In this document: one piece after another, positions 63,424 through 64,000 of the stretch | How the letters are laid out: each line of letters begins with the position of its first letter | Position numbering within the stretch: the first letter of the stretch is position 1 | NCBI GenBank assembly: GCA_046563655.1 | Contig: CM102289.1 | Span: 6,510,001-6,574,000 of the forward strand | Direction: 5' to 3' | Source of the DNA: Yuukianura sp. NJ FZ-2021 | Lineage: Eukaryota | DNA length: 64,000 nt | Translations under genes and position numbers: made by a program | The notes under the pieces: model-generated | Seen by the model: the letters and a program-made list of their open reading frames with translations, nothing else | Told to the model about the DNA's origin: nothing | Databases searched by the model: none

Positions 63424-64000
63424 TTGACTATACTAGATACACCGCATTTTCTATGACCCAATTTTTTTTTATGAAAACGGGAAAACACTTACTACGTTTT
63501 GCGAAACGTGAGCGCTGCGTATTTCCTTTGTCATCAATAATAAGTATCAATCGATCTAGTCATTTCTTGTCACGAGTTTTCCCGGGAAAGTTCCAATTTT
63601 AGTAACAAAAATCAAAACGACGCATTTTCTTTTTCCATACACACTTTCACGTCTGTGTCATTTTTTTCCTACCGACGTCAATTACAATGAATGAGTCAGG
63701 TCAGGTTCGGAAATCCTCAGGCTTAATTTTTCCATTTTAAGGTTCATATTTCTCCGTATTTGCTTTGTTTTAATAACTTTTGTCCACAGGGGCCACGAAA
63801 TGTTTTCGTATTTTGCGACTCAGTTTTGAGATCACTCGGTGCCCTTTATTGCATGATGCAATGACGGCTCGTTTGTCGTTAACGGAAGTGGATGTGGTAA
63901 GGAGCGCGCGTTTTCGCAAGCGGAATTTCCCAATGTTTTGGAGAAAATCGGCGGAGAAAGGGCATGTGATGTTTCAATGGGAAACAAAGCTACATACACC

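Noticed and set aside
61000..64000. Possible gene or ncRNA upstream of Sam-S
   Set aside because: No supported ORF, tRNA or snoRNA pattern found by eye; probably promoter/UTR and intergenic sequence.

Overview
AT-rich eukaryotic (animal) genomic DNA with many short (~60-100 nt) GT-AG introns. Gene content (CLIP serine protease, VGlut, pod1-type coronin, expanded F-box genes, apparently microbial-type enzymes) points to an arthropod, plausibly a soil hexapod such as a springtail (inference only). In order: 3' end of an unidentified gene; a coronin-7/pod1-like gene built from two copies of the C-terminal-type coronin module; a secreted GH17-type beta-1,3-glucanase; an 8-Cys knottin-like peptide gene missed by the ORF track; a BAIAP3/Munc13-4-like gene without C2A; a palindromic MITE dimer; three tandem VGlut/SLC17 copies (intact, chimeric with truncated tail, probable pseudogene with a foldback insertion); three intronless secreted beta-trefoil-like proteins plus a relic; a trypsin-like protease; two intronless BBE-like FAD oxidoreductases; a CLIP protease; three putatively myristoylated F-box genes around a 4CL/luciferase-like ligase; a small orphan gene; and SAM synthetase. 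The SAM synthetase gene has two mutually exclusive 113-nt exons and a METTL16-type UACAGAGAC hairpin on a 3' splice site. All exon models were assembled by eye and all homology calls come from remembered motifs, not database searches.
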